This document shows, piece by piece, positions 10,282 to 19,363 of a DNA stretch of 64,000 nt. A model generated the notes under the pieces. It saw nothing but the letters and a program-made list of their open reading frames with translations. It had not been told where the DNA came from and did not search any database. Numbering within the stretch: position 1 is the first letter of the stretch; the number at the start of each line of letters is the position of its first letter. Origin of the DNA: Chthonomonas calidirosea (GTDB lineage: Bacteria; Armatimonadota; Fimbriimonadia; Fimbriimonadales; Fimbriimonadaceae); the NCBI GenBank assembly GCA_945859975.1, contig CAMAPH010000002.1:1-64000 (forward strand), read 5' to 3'. The position numbers were made by a program, and so were the translations under genes.

Positions 10282-10986
10282 ATGCCCCGGACGCCGAAGC
10301 TCACGGATTTTCGTGCCGTACTCTTCGATGTCGACGGAACGTTGGTGAACAGCATCGACGTCATCGTACTGGGCATTACGGATACGTTTCATCGGTTCCA
10401 ACAGCCTTGCCCAACGCGAGAAGTGATTCTCGGTCAGATTGGGGTTCCGCTCACTCGACAGTTAGCGAACTACGTAGGCGTAACCAATGATCCAGTCGTC
10501 CTTAGCGATATGGCAAAGCATGCCATGGAGATGTTCGAAATTCACGCCCACGCCGAGACGCTTTTTCAAGACGCGATCGAAGCATTGCGCGTCGCTCGAG
10601 CTGCCGGTTTGAAAATCGCTTTGGTCACCAGCAAGTCGAAGACCGAGCTGACTCCGTTTTTGAAAAGATTTGACGCCACTCGCCACGTAGATGCAACCGT
10701 ATCTGCGTCGGACGTACAGAAGCCGAAACCAGATCCTGAAAGTGCCTGGTTAGCTTGCCGATTGCTCGAGGTTAAGCCGAGCGAAGCAATCTTCATCGGC
10801 GACTCCATTTTCGACATCCAATGCGCGAAATCCGCAGGCATGAAATCTGCTGCCGTCGGATACGGTGCCGGGAGAACTGAAGACCTGATGGCCTTCGACC
10901 CCGAACTCTATTTCCCCACCCCCGAATCCTTGTTGAGTTGGGCTCTTACCGCTGAAAACACAACCTCATGCCCCGGAAGAAAGTAA
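10282..10986 (+). CDS. HAD-superfamily phosphatase (Gph/PpaX-like)
   Basis: FDVDGTL, VTSK, KPKPDP, IGDSIFD motifs. Confidence 0.92.
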   Translation: MPRTPKLTDFRAVLFDVDGTLVNSIDVIVLGITDTFHRFQQPCPTREVILGQIGVPLTRQLANYVGVTNDPVVLSDMAKHAMEMFEIHAHAETLFQDAIEALRVARAAGLKIALVTSKSKTELTPFLKRFDATRHVDATVSASDVQKPKPDPESAWLACRLLEVKPSEAIFIGDSIFDIQCAKSAGMKSAAVGYGAGRTEDLMAFDPELYFPTPESLLSWALTAENTTSCPGRK

Positions 10987-13900
10987 CGACCGAACCTGTC
11001 ATCTCCTCTGACCAACCTGTAGACGCCACCCCCGCTAAGAAAGCCCGGGCAAAGTCCAGCGCATCAGAACCGACCGTCGAACCCGTCAAGAAGCCTCGAC
11101 GAACCACTAAGAAAGCGACCGAGCCAGAAGCGGCTGAAGCGCCATCAATTGCCATCGAAGCCGAAACAGCAGATTCCGCTGAAGAGGGCCTTGTTGTCAC
11201 GCTGCGCCCGATCCAGCGTAAGTCGACCAAGCCTGCCGTCACGCCACCCAGTCCTGCTGCCAAGGCTGCCCCGGTTGAAGAAGCTTCTTCCGCGAACGAG
11301 GACGACCTGCTCTTGCCCGTTTTCCGAAGCCGCGCTGCTGCGGAGAAGAAGCCGGCGCGAAATCGCCAGCCCGAACCAACAGAAGAGCCAACACGGCAAA
11401 TCAACCTTGCCGAGCCCGCGATTGCCGTTTCGGCCGAGTTGGAATTTGAACGAACGGACGACGGTCTTGCTGTCGCCTTCCGCACCCGCTCAGCCTCTAA
11501 ACCAACTTCTCGCCGAGAGCCGAAGCCGGTAGCAACTCCGGTGGTCGAGGAACCATTCCAGCCAGCCGCTCCAGTAAAGGTTATAACTCCTTCGGTGGCG
11601 CTTGAATCAACGTCGATTGCCGACGAAGACACCCCGGACGGTGCGCTGACGATCAACTGGCGCACGATCGGAAACGACACGGTCAAGCCAACCCGAGAGG
11701 CACGGGACACCGAGCGCGATGACGACCGACGCGGTCGACGGGGCCAACGCGGATTCCGTGAGCGATCCGAAACGACTGCGGAATCTTCTGAAGTCGTGGT
11801 CGCCGAAGAGCCAGTCGCCCCTGCCGCGGCACCACGAGCCCGCGAAATCGCGATTCCAAGTGATGCGCCGCAGGTCGTCCTTCGAAACGGCTTGCCAACG
11901 CTCGTTCGAGACCACCGCGTCTACCCACCGCTGATGCTTTACGGCCGCGCTCGGGATAGCAAGCGCACCGACATCTTGCTAGAAGAAGTCAAGCTGGCAT
12001 CTGATTCGGGCATTCACTTACACATGGTCGCCATCGATCTTGAGGTTTCGGAAACCGGACTCGAAGAAGCGACAACCTTGGCTGAAAACCTGCTGGTTGC
12101 CATCGTCAAGGTCGACCCAGAGGCGCAAGTCATCTTCCGCGTCGAGTTCACCGCAGACCGTGGATGGGACACCAAGTACCCGGATGCCAAGTTCCGTGGC
12201 CTTGATGGTTCTCTTGCTCAGCCAAGCATCTGCGACGATGCTTTCTGGCAAGACGCCGAGTTGCACCTGGCGCAGTTTGTGCGGAACCTCCTCATTGGAC
12301 CGCTCAAGGGGCACGCCATGGGCGTTCACTTGGAGCGAAATGAGTGGTTCCTGTCTGACCTCGACGGATACGACGATTCCCACGCTGCGCAGCGAAAATT
12401 CCGCGACTGGGCTCGCACTCGCTACAACCAAGACGTCGTCGCTCTGCGCGCGTCCTGGTTCGATGGCAGCGCAAACTTCGCCGACATCGACGTTCCGCAG
12501 TTCCTCCCCGAGGGTGCCGATGGCGAACGATTCGTTCGGTCCTCGCGCCGCCAGCGACGATACGTCGATTACCACCTCTTCTTGAGTGATGAGACGGTTA
12601 GGCGGATTCGCAGCTTGGCCTACGCAGCAAAGGAAGCCTCGAACGGTTACTTCCTGGTTGGTGTGAGCTACGGCTACACGTTTGAGTGGTCTCACCCTTC
12701 GAACGGACACCTTGCCCTTGGCAAGCTGCTCCGTGCTGAAGAGGTCGATTACATTGCCGGGCCGCCGAGCTACCGAAACCGTGAGCCAGGCGGAACGGGC
12801 TCCTTCCCCGCTCCAATCGACAGCTTTGCCTTGAACGGCAAGTTGTACGTGAGCCTCGAGGACTATCGAACCTCTCTCGGCGAGTTGGCTGACCCAGATA
12901 GCGATCACAACCCGCTTCTGAAGACTCCTCAGGCTCTCGAGAGCGTTCACTGGCGTGGTGCCGGTGCGGCCCTTTCTCATGGTGCTGGTGCAGCGTGGAT
13001 GGACCTTTGGGGCAACGGCTGGCTTCGAACCGCCAGCGTGTGGTCTCGAGCCGCAAAGCTACGGGAAGCGCTCATTCTTCGAATGGAGGCCACGTCGCCC
13101 GATCCAGAAGTCGCGGTCTTCGTTGACGAGCGATCGCTGGCCTACTTGGTGGACCAAAACGCCTTCGCGCTCCTCGTCCAAAACGTTCGAGAGTCCGTAC
13201 TCCGGGCTGGCGTCAGCGTTGGCTTCTATCTGCTCAGCGACTTGGCGCACCGAGAGGTGTTCCCCGAGAGCAAGCTGTACCTGTTCCTCAACGCTTGGGA
13301 TATCCGCCCCGACCTTCGCGCCGCGATCAAGACTCGATTGCAGAAGGACGGCAAGGTTCTGTTCTGGCTCTACACCGCCGGCATGTTCGATAGCGGTCGA
13401 GATGCCCTGGAACGAGCTCGTGAAGTCACCGGTATCGCGCTGAAGCCACAGCCGTTCTACAGCAAAGCCGGAACCAATCTGGTCAACCGACGCCACCCGC
13501 TGGCCGAAGCCTTCCCCGAGAAGACGATCAGCGGAAACGCTCAGCTAGAACCGAGCTACTTTGCCATTCCTGAAGACGCAACCGTTCTTGGCGAATACTC
13601 CCAGTCCGGCCTCGCCAGCTTTGTCGTCCGCAAGTTCGATGACGATGCCGAAGGCAACTGGACGAGCGTGTTCCTTGGCGAACCGGTCGTCAACCCTCAG
13701 CTCATTCGCGCCCTGGCGCAAATGGCCGGAGCGCACGTTTGGAACTTCCAAAACGACGTCGTCCACGTTCGGTCGCCGTTCCTTACGGTTCACTGCACGG
13801 GGGCTGGTTCGCGCAACATTGCGTTGCCAGAGAAGTTCAGCGCTTACGACCTCGTGAATGATCAATGGGCATCCATCGATTCCGCGCAGCTTCGCTTCAC

Positions 13901-14318
13901 GGCGGTTGACGGCAGCACACACGTGTTCCTTGTCGGGCAGAAGACCGAGATCGAGCACATGCTCAAGACGAATCCGACGGACGTCCTTCACATCGAAGAC
14001 ATCCCGGCTCGCGTGGCCAACGTTCGCAACGACATCGAAGCGTTCGATGTTCCAGTCATGAAGCTCGGTGAGTGGATGACCGGTGCCGATCCTGAGGAAA
14101 GCGTGGATGAATGGTTCCTTCGGCCACAGGTCGAGGAAGAAGGGCTTACTCCTGCCGTTGGCAATGTAGATGAACCTGGACACCGTAGACGACGTCGCCG
14201 AACCGGTAGAACGAACGACCGCAATAATGCGCCGACAAATCGCCAAAGCGAATTCCACGCCCCCGCGGTTCCAAATGCAGATCAAGTCGTGAATGTAATG
14301 TTCAGGAAGCGAGACTAA
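10968..14318 (+). CDS. Large cytoplasmic protein: disordered N-terminal arm, GH42/beta-galactosidase-like core, disordered basic tail
   Basis: About 290 aa of Ala/Pro/Glu/Lys low complexity; core with FRDWARTRY...LRASW, DYHLFLS, VDYIAGPPSY, LNGKLYVSLEDYRT and a trimerisation-like domain (EVAVFVDE...KLYLFLNA); no signal peptide. Confidence 0.7.
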   Translation: MPRKKVTTEPVISSDQPVDATPAKKARAKSSASEPTVEPVKKPRRTTKKATEPEAAEAPSIAIEAETADSAEEGLVVTLRPIQRKSTKPAVTPPSPAAKAAPVEEASSANEDDLLLPVFRSRAAAEKKPARNRQPEPTEEPTRQINLAEPAIAVSAELEFERTDDGLAVAFRTRSASKPTSRREPKPVATPVVEEPFQPAAPVKVITPSVALESTSIADEDTPDGALTINWRTIGNDTVKPTREARDTERDDDRRGRRGQRGFRERSETTAESSEVVVAEEPVAPAAAPRAREIAIPSDAPQVVLRNGLPTLVRDHRVYPPLMLYGRARDSKRTDILLEEVKLASDSGIHLHMVAIDLEVSETGLEEATTLAENLLVAIVKVDPEAQVIFRVEFTADRGWDTKYPDAKFRGLDGSLAQPSICDDAFWQDAELHLAQFVRNLLIGPLKGHAMGVHLERNEWFLSDLDGYDDSHAAQRKFRDWARTRYNQDVVALRASWFDGSANFADIDVPQFLPEGADGERFVRSSRRQRRYVDYHLFLSDETVRRIRSLAYAAKEASNGYFLVGVSYGYTFEWSHPSNGHLALGKLLRAEEVDYIAGPPSYRNREPGGTGSFPAPIDSFALNGKLYVSLEDYRTSLGELADPDSDHNPLLKTPQALESVHWRGAGAALSHGAGAAWMDLWGNGWLRTASVWSRAAKLREALILRMEATSPDPEVAVFVDERSLAYLVDQNAFALLVQNVRESVLRAGVSVGFYLLSDLAHREVFPESKLYLFLNAWDIRPDLRAAIKTRLQKDGKVLFWLYTAGMFDSGRDALERAREVTGIALKPQPFYSKAGTNLVNRRHPLAEAFPEKTISGNAQLEPSYFAIPEDATVLGEYSQSGLASFVVRKFDDDAEGNWTSVFLGEPVVNPQLIRALAQMAGAHVWNFQNDVVHVRSPFLTVHCTGAGSRNIALPEKFSAYDLVNDQWASIDSAQLRFTAVDGSTHVFLVGQKTEIEHMLKTNPTDVLHIEDIPARVANVRNDIEAFDVPVMKLGEWMTGADPEESVDEWFLRPQVEEEGLTPAVGNVDEPGHRRRRRRTGRTNDRNNAPTNRQSEFHAPAVPNADQVVNVMFRKRD

Positions 14319-15217
14319 TGGGCGAATTTCGCGCGGGACAAGTTGCGCTTATCGGGAAACCGAACGTCGGTAAGAGCACGCTGATGAACGCGATGGTTGG
14401 CCAAAAGGTCTCCATCGTGAGCGACAAGCCGCAAACGACTCGCCGCCGCATCGTCGGAATCTCAACCACCGAGGACTACCAAATCGTCTTCGTGGACACG
14501 CCCGGAATCCACGATGCGCACACTGCCCTCGGGAAAGCGATGAACGAGCAGGCTCGGCGAGCCCTTGCGGAGATCGACGCCATCGTATTCGTCGGCGACG
14601 TCTCCCACCACCCGGGTGAGCCAGACAACCAAATCGCCGCCCTGATTCGGGCAAACCGCAAAGAGCGGGAGCTTCCGCTCATCCTGTGTCTCAACAAAAT
14701 GGACCAGCTCAAGGCCGAAAACGTTCAAAGGAACGTTGACGCCTTCTGCGAACTCCTAGGTAGCGATAACTACATGTTGACGACGGCAACGCAGGCACGA
14801 AACATCGACAAGCTTGCCGAGATGATCGTGGAAGTGCTGCCCGAACGGCATCCGCTTTACGGACCCGACGAGCTCACGGATCAATCCAGCCGGTTCATGG
14901 CCGGTGAGTTTGTGCGAGAAAAGATTCTGAATTTGACTCGCCAAGAGATTCCCCATGCCACGGCCGTAACGGTGGAAGACTGGTCTGAAGAGCCCCACAT
15001 CATCCGGGTTCGCGCGAACATCATTGTCGAAAAACCAAGCCAACGGGCGATCCTGATCGGAAAGCAAGGCGCGTTCATCAAACGAATCGGAACGACAGCC
15101 CGTCAAGAGATTGAAGAGCTGTTAGGAAAGCCACTTTTCCTAGATTTACACGTAAAGGTTGTGGAAGACTGGCGCATGTCGCCACGTATTCTCCATGAGC
15201 TGGAATACGACCAGTAA
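14318..15217 (+). CDS. era: GTPase Era
   Basis: GKPNVGKST, KPQTTR, DTPG, NKMD, KH domain with ILIGKQG; TAATG overlap with the upstream stop. Confidence 0.98.
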   Translation: MGEFRAGQVALIGKPNVGKSTLMNAMVGQKVSIVSDKPQTTRRRIVGISTTEDYQIVFVDTPGIHDAHTALGKAMNEQARRALAEIDAIVFVGDVSHHPGEPDNQIAALIRANRKERELPLILCLNKMDQLKAENVQRNVDAFCELLGSDNYMLTTATQARNIDKLAEMIVEVLPERHPLYGPDELTDQSSRFMAGEFVREKILNLTRQEIPHATAVTVEDWSEEPHIIRVRANIIVEKPSQRAILIGKQGAFIKRIGTTARQEIEELLGKPLFLDLHVKVVEDWRMSPRILHELEYDQ

Positions 15218-15238
15218 GATCCCTCTCGCCACAATCCC

Positions 15239-16168
15239 ATGCTGACAACCGACGACTTGTTTGGTGGCCCGCTGCTGCCGGATCCAAAGATTGAACTTCC
15301 TGGAGCGATCCCGGTGCCAGCATGGAAAAACGGTCCGCTTCCCCGCATTGAGTTCACCATCGAAATGGTTGGGCCGTACTCGGTGCCCGCTCACGCCGCG
15401 GCCCGAATTCTTGATCAGGATTGGTACGTCGCCCTCGGGCATCCACAAGCTTGGGCAATGCGGCCTAGCGACACCAAGTGGGACGTTCTCACGGGCGATA
15501 AGAACGGCTCTTACGATTCGCTCGCGCTCTCGTGGCCGGTCGCCCGCCCCGATGGCGATCTCAAGACTAAAGCCGCGGTATTGCTCGAAAAAACGACCCA
15601 CCACTTTGCGGAAGCCGTGAATCGTCGCGCCGTTTGCCTTCCCAGAATCGAGGACGTGGACTATCTCAGCATGGACCTGCGACGTGTCTTAGCGAACTTG
15701 GACATCGGTCTTTGCCTGACTTTCCATCCGACCCGTCGCATGGTTTCTGAACTTGAAATTTGGCGCACCTGCGCCGCGCTGGGGCTACAGTTTTCGCCGG
15801 ATGGTTCGTTTGTGTACCGAGTTCGCGGGAGCGAACTTGCCTTGTTTGAAGTTTTGCCTCTAGGGCCGGTAGAAAAGTTCTCGCTTGGCAACGTTCAAGC
15901 CGGGGTACAGCATGAGGGCGTCAGTATTGGTTGCTCGATTCCAATGTGCCCAAATCCAGAAAAGGCGATTGAAGGTGCCTTGCGAACCGCGCGCGCATTC
16001 TGCGAGAGAATCGGCGGTAAAGCCACCGATGACGAAGGACGCTTTGTTGATGCCGCGGTCGCCCAATCGCTCATCGAACAGGCACAACATGCCAACAAGT
16101 TGTTTGAGCAAGCTCAACTCGTACCAGGAAGTCCAGAGGCCGTGCGGCTGTTCAGCAATAACACTTAG
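15239..16168 (+). CDS. ZipA C-terminal (FtsZ-binding)-like domain protein without a membrane anchor
   Basis: C-half GLQFSPDGSF...LFEV...GVSIGCSIP...A..F...IGG..TDDEG and end PGSPEAVRLFS resemble betaproteobacterial-type ZipA (recalled pattern, not searched). Confidence 0.6.
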   Translation: MLTTDDLFGGPLLPDPKIELPGAIPVPAWKNGPLPRIEFTIEMVGPYSVPAHAAARILDQDWYVALGHPQAWAMRPSDTKWDVLTGDKNGSYDSLALSWPVARPDGDLKTKAAVLLEKTTHHFAEAVNRRAVCLPRIEDVDYLSMDLRRVLANLDIGLCLTFHPTRRMVSELEIWRTCAALGLQFSPDGSFVYRVRGSELALFEVLPLGPVEKFSLGNVQAGVQHEGVSIGCSIPMCPNPEKAIEGALRTARAFCERIGGKATDDEGRFVDAAVAQSLIEQAQHANKLFEQAQLVPGSPEAVRLFSNNT

Positions 16169-16257
16169 GTTAAGGTTCGGCGCTCGCGACGGTATACTTG
16201 CCGGAGCTTTGTAGTTCGTTTGGCATCAAATTTGATCGCAAAGCCGAGGTACTCACG

Positions 16258-16986
16258 ATGGCATTCGAAAGGCGTTCATTCCGGCGTGCACTCGTCAAAC
16301 TTAGCGGTGAGGCACTCGCGGGAGACCTTGGTTTTGGCCTCGACCCTCATGTACTCAAGTACATTGCCCAAGAAATCGCTAGCGTCCATGCGGCAGGCCA
16401 CGAAATCGGCATCGTTGTAGGCGGCGGAAACTTTGTTCGCGGTGAATCGTTCTCGGCCGAAGGCGGTATTGACCGTGCCGTGGCCGACCAGATGGGCATG
16501 CTTGGCACTCTGATGAACGCGCTTGCTTTGCAAGGTGCAATCGAACAGGCCGGCGTTCCCGTGCGAGTTCAAAGCGCGGTTCAGATTTCGGCGGTTGCCG
16601 AGCAATTTATTCGACGTCGAGCGATTCGGCATCTTGAAAAGGGACGCGTTGTCCTTTTTGCCGCCGGAACCGGAAACCCATATTTCACCACCGACACCGC
16701 GTCGGTTCTCCGTGCGCTTGAAATTGAAGCTGATGTCTTGGTCAAAGCGACTAAGGTCGACGGAATCTACGACAAGGACCCCAAGAAGCACGATGACGCC
16801 GTTCGCTACGACACCTTGGATTACAGCACCGCCATCCAGGAACGTCTTGGCGTAATGGACCAAACCGCTTTCACGATGTGCCGCGAGAACAAATTGCCGC
16901 TGATCGTGCTTAACTTTAACGCCTCAGGCAGCCTTACCTCTGCCCTTTCTGGCAACGAAACCGGAACCCTCGTCGGAGGAGAATGA
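16258..16986 (+). CDS. pyrH: UMP kinase
   Basis: KLSGEAL, VGGGN, DQMGMLGT, GNPYFTTD; ATG at 16258. Confidence 0.97.
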   Translation: MAFERRSFRRALVKLSGEALAGDLGFGLDPHVLKYIAQEIASVHAAGHEIGIVVGGGNFVRGESFSAEGGIDRAVADQMGMLGTLMNALALQGAIEQAGVPVRVQSAVQISAVAEQFIRRRAIRHLEKGRVVLFAAGTGNPYFTTDTASVLRALEIEADVLVKATKVDGIYDKDPKKHDDAVRYDTLDYSTAIQERLGVMDQTAFTMCRENKLPLIVLNFNASGSLTSALSGNETGTLVGGE

Positions 16987-16988
16987 AC

Positions 16989-17549
16989 ATGAGTCTCGAA
17001 CAAATCTTCAAAGACACTGAACACAAAATGAAAGGCGCGCTTGACGCCATGGTTCACGACTTCGCGTCGTACCGCACCGGACGCGCAACCCCGGCCGTCC
17101 TTGAGCGCGTGAGCGTGGAGTATTACGGAACCGAAACGCCGGTCTCCCAGGTGGCAAACATTTCGATTCCCGAGCCGAGACAGTTGCTAATCTCGCCTTA
17201 TGAGAAGAGCCTGATCCCCGCGATCGAGCGCGCGATCCTCAAGAGTGACCTTGGCATTTCGCCGGTCAACGATGGAGGTTCGATTCGCCTTAACTTCCCT
17301 CAGATGACGGAAGATCGACGAAAGGAAATGGCCAAGACCGTTCACGCGCGAGTAGAGACCACCCGAGTTTCGATTCGAAACAACCGGCGTGAAGCGATTG
17401 ACGGCATTAAGGCGTTGGAGAAGAAGAAGGAAATCACCGAAGACGAAGTGAAATCCAACGAAACCAAGGTCCAGAAACTGACCGACAGCTACATTGCCCA
17501 GGCCGATGACCTCGGAAAGCGCAAAGAAGCTGAACTGATGCAGGTCTGA
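16989..17549 (+). CDS. frr: Ribosome recycling factor
   Basis: RTGRA, YYG, IERAILKSDLG, RNNRR, VQKLTD; follows pyrH. Confidence 0.97.
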   Translation: MSLEQIFKDTEHKMKGALDAMVHDFASYRTGRATPAVLERVSVEYYGTETPVSQVANISIPEPRQLLISPYEKSLIPAIERAILKSDLGISPVNDGGSIRLNFPQMTEDRRKEMAKTVHARVETTRVSIRNNRREAIDGIKALEKKKEITEDEVKSNETKVQKLTDSYIAQADDLGKRKEAELMQV

Positions 17550-17590
17550 TCCGAACCTTTCTCTCTCCAATCTAGTTAGTCAATTTTCCG

Positions 17591-18373
17591 ATGTCCATTC
17601 CTGTTCCGGCCACGCACCTATCGATGACGAGTTCCGCAATTGCTCTGCGGGAGCGGGCGCGGTCCCTTGGAGTGGATTTGGAAAACCTGCCGCAGCACAT
17701 TGCCATCATCATGGATGGCAATGGTCGCTGGGCCAAAGCACGTGGCTTCGCCCGTTTGTTAGGCCACCGGGAAGGCTATCGGGCATTGCGCGGAATACTT
17801 CTTGCGGCTAGCGAACTCGGCGTTCGCTACCTGACCGTGTATGCCTTCTCCGTGGAGAACTGGCGACGGCCTCAAGACGAGGTGATGGGGCTCATGAAGC
17901 TCATCGAACAAGCCGCGCGTGATGAGCTTCGGTTGATGCACCAGAACAATGTGCGGGTGAACATCACCGGTAGGGTTCATGAGGTGCCCGAAACTCTGCA
18001 GCGAGCCCTTCGCGAAGGGATGGAAACGACCTCTACAAACACTGGTATCACGTTCACCCTGGCGGTGAACTACGGCGGCCGCGCGGAAATCACCGACGCA
18101 GTCAAGGCAATTGTTCGCAACGGGACACCGGCCGATGAGATCACTGAAGAGATGATCTCTCAGAACCTTTACAACCCGCATCAGCCCGATCCCGACCTCA
18201 TGGTCCGAACTGCCGGCGAGATGCGCTGGAGCAACTTCCTGATCTGGCAGTCCGCCTACACCGAACTCGTGGTTAGCGATGTGTCGTGGCCCGACTTCAA
18301 GCCGGACCACTTGATCGAAGCAGTGAAAACCTACCAGGCGCGAGTGCGCAAGTTCGGCGCCGTCGTCGAATAA
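17591..18373 (+). CDS. uppS: Undecaprenyl diphosphate synthase
   Basis: HIAIIMDGNGRWA, YAFSVENWRRP, NYGGR, RTAGEMRWSNFLIWQ. Confidence 0.97.
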   Translation: MSIPVPATHLSMTSSAIALRERARSLGVDLENLPQHIAIIMDGNGRWAKARGFARLLGHREGYRALRGILLAASELGVRYLTVYAFSVENWRRPQDEVMGLMKLIEQAARDELRLMHQNNVRVNITGRVHEVPETLQRALREGMETTSTNTGITFTLAVNYGGRAEITDAVKAIVRNGTPADEITEEMISQNLYNPHQPDPDLMVRTAGEMRWSNFLIWQSAYTELVVSDVSWPDFKPDHLIEAVKTYQARVRKFGAVVE

Positions 18374-18388
18374 ACCCCTCCGGGTAGA

Positions 18389-19156
18389 TCAGTCACAGCG
18401 CCAGTACCAAGTGTTGTCGTAAGCCTCGGTCGAACCCGTAGCTTCGCCGGAGCGGTTACCCGCAACGTTCACTCGGATGTCGTCAAACTGCCCCTGCGCG
18501 TTCGCCGCCTTCGCATGGCTGTCCATGTAGATCACGCTTCCGCCGGTTGAACTCCATTTCCGGAAGTAGCCACAGTCGTAGCCATATCGAGTGCAATCGG
18601 GATCGTTCTTCGCTTCAAAGAACGGCATCATCTCCAGCCGAATGAAGCGAGTCTCCGCCGGAAACTCAACCGAAGTCTCGTTAACAATTTGGTTGTAATC
18701 GTAGGTGAAGTTGTTCCCAGATGATTCTCCGGCGACTACGGTGTGGACACATTTGCCGAACCGGTATGAAGATCCGTAAGCCGAATAGTAAGTCGGATAT
18801 GAGCCACCGGCGGCACTCAGACCAGGGTCGGAAGCGAGATATGGCCCGCCGGCGTCAAGCGGACTTCGGAAGATTTCCTGGTTGTTCGTGTAAGGCAACA
18901 GCAGAAGCTCGGTTCCCTTGTGGCCGACTCGGCCAAATGGTGGCTCGGAGTTGTAGGCGTAGAAGATCGGCATCGTGTCGTCGTAATCCGCGAGATACAG
19001 CTTGTTCGCGATTCCAATTTGCTTGGCGTTGCTGAGGTCAGCCGTTCGCTTGGCCGCTTCTTTGGCTTGCGCGAAGACCGGGAAAAGGATGGCCGCCAAA
19101 ATGGCGATGATCGCAATGACGACGAGAAGCTCAATGAGCGTGAAGGCAGCTTTCAT
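18389..19156 (-). CDS. Prepilin-type N-terminal cleavage/methylation domain protein (DUF1559/H-X9-DG-like), TPP-riboswitch controlled
   Basis: [36 protein letters not shown]...LSN.KQIG; degenerate C-terminal motif [12 protein letters not shown]. Confidence 0.9.
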   Translation of the reverse strand: MKAAFTLIELLVVIAIIAILAAILFPVFAQAKEAAKRTADLSNAKQIGIANKLYLADYDDTMPIFYAYNSEPPFGRVGHKGTELLLLPYTNNQEIFRSPLDAGGPYLASDPGLSAAGGSYPTYYSAYGSSYRFGKCVHTVVAGESSGNNFTYDYNQIVNETSVEFPAETRFIRLEMMPFFEAKNDPDCTRYGYDCGYFRKWSSTGGSVIYMDSHAKAANAQGQFDDIRVNVAGNRSGEATGSTEAYDNTWYWRCD

Positions 19157-19224
19157 GGTTTTTCCGGACGCGAATCACCTTCGCTGACTGCGAAAGCGAT
19201 TGGCGCTCCGGGCGGCTAAACCAT
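19153..19224 (-). promoter_or_regulatory. Long hairpin sequestering the start codon (riboswitch expression platform)
   Basis: Minus-strand nested pairings ATGGTTT/AAACCAT, CCGGA/TCCGG, GCG/CGC, AATCGC/GTGATT, TTCGC/GCGAA; the 3' arm includes the AT of the start codon. Confidence 0.65.
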
Positions 19225-19241
19225 CCGTCGTTCCATCGTTC

Positions 19242-19334
19242 ACCGCAATCCCTCCGCCGGTACTAACCGGATCAGGTTCCTAGGGTCATCTGGCAAAAAC
19301 CAGAACTCTCAGCCGTGTGGCTCCCCTTGCAGGT
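19242..19334 (-). ncRNA. TPP (thiamine pyrophosphate) riboswitch
   Basis: Minus strand reads CTGCAAGGGGAGCCACACGGCTGAGAGTTCTGG...CCAGATGACCCTAGGAACCTGATCCGGTTAGTACCGGCGGAGGGATTGCGG, with the THI-box hallmarks GCTGAGA, ACCC, GAACCTGAT, P5 CCGG/CCGG and GCGGAGGGA. Confidence 0.95.
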
Positions 19335-19363
19335 AAATCTTGTCCTACTAGATTCTACGCTAT

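Noticed and set aside
10946..12980. Long minus-strand ORFs (254 aa, 320 aa)
   Set aside because: Antisense to the 1116-aa gene, arising from low complexity and codon bias.
16198..16257. N-terminal extensions in the ORF track (pyrH; also BMP, VPS10, Fpg, gpmA, DinB)
   Set aside because: Family N-termini and upstream -10 or RBS signals support the downstream starts used here.
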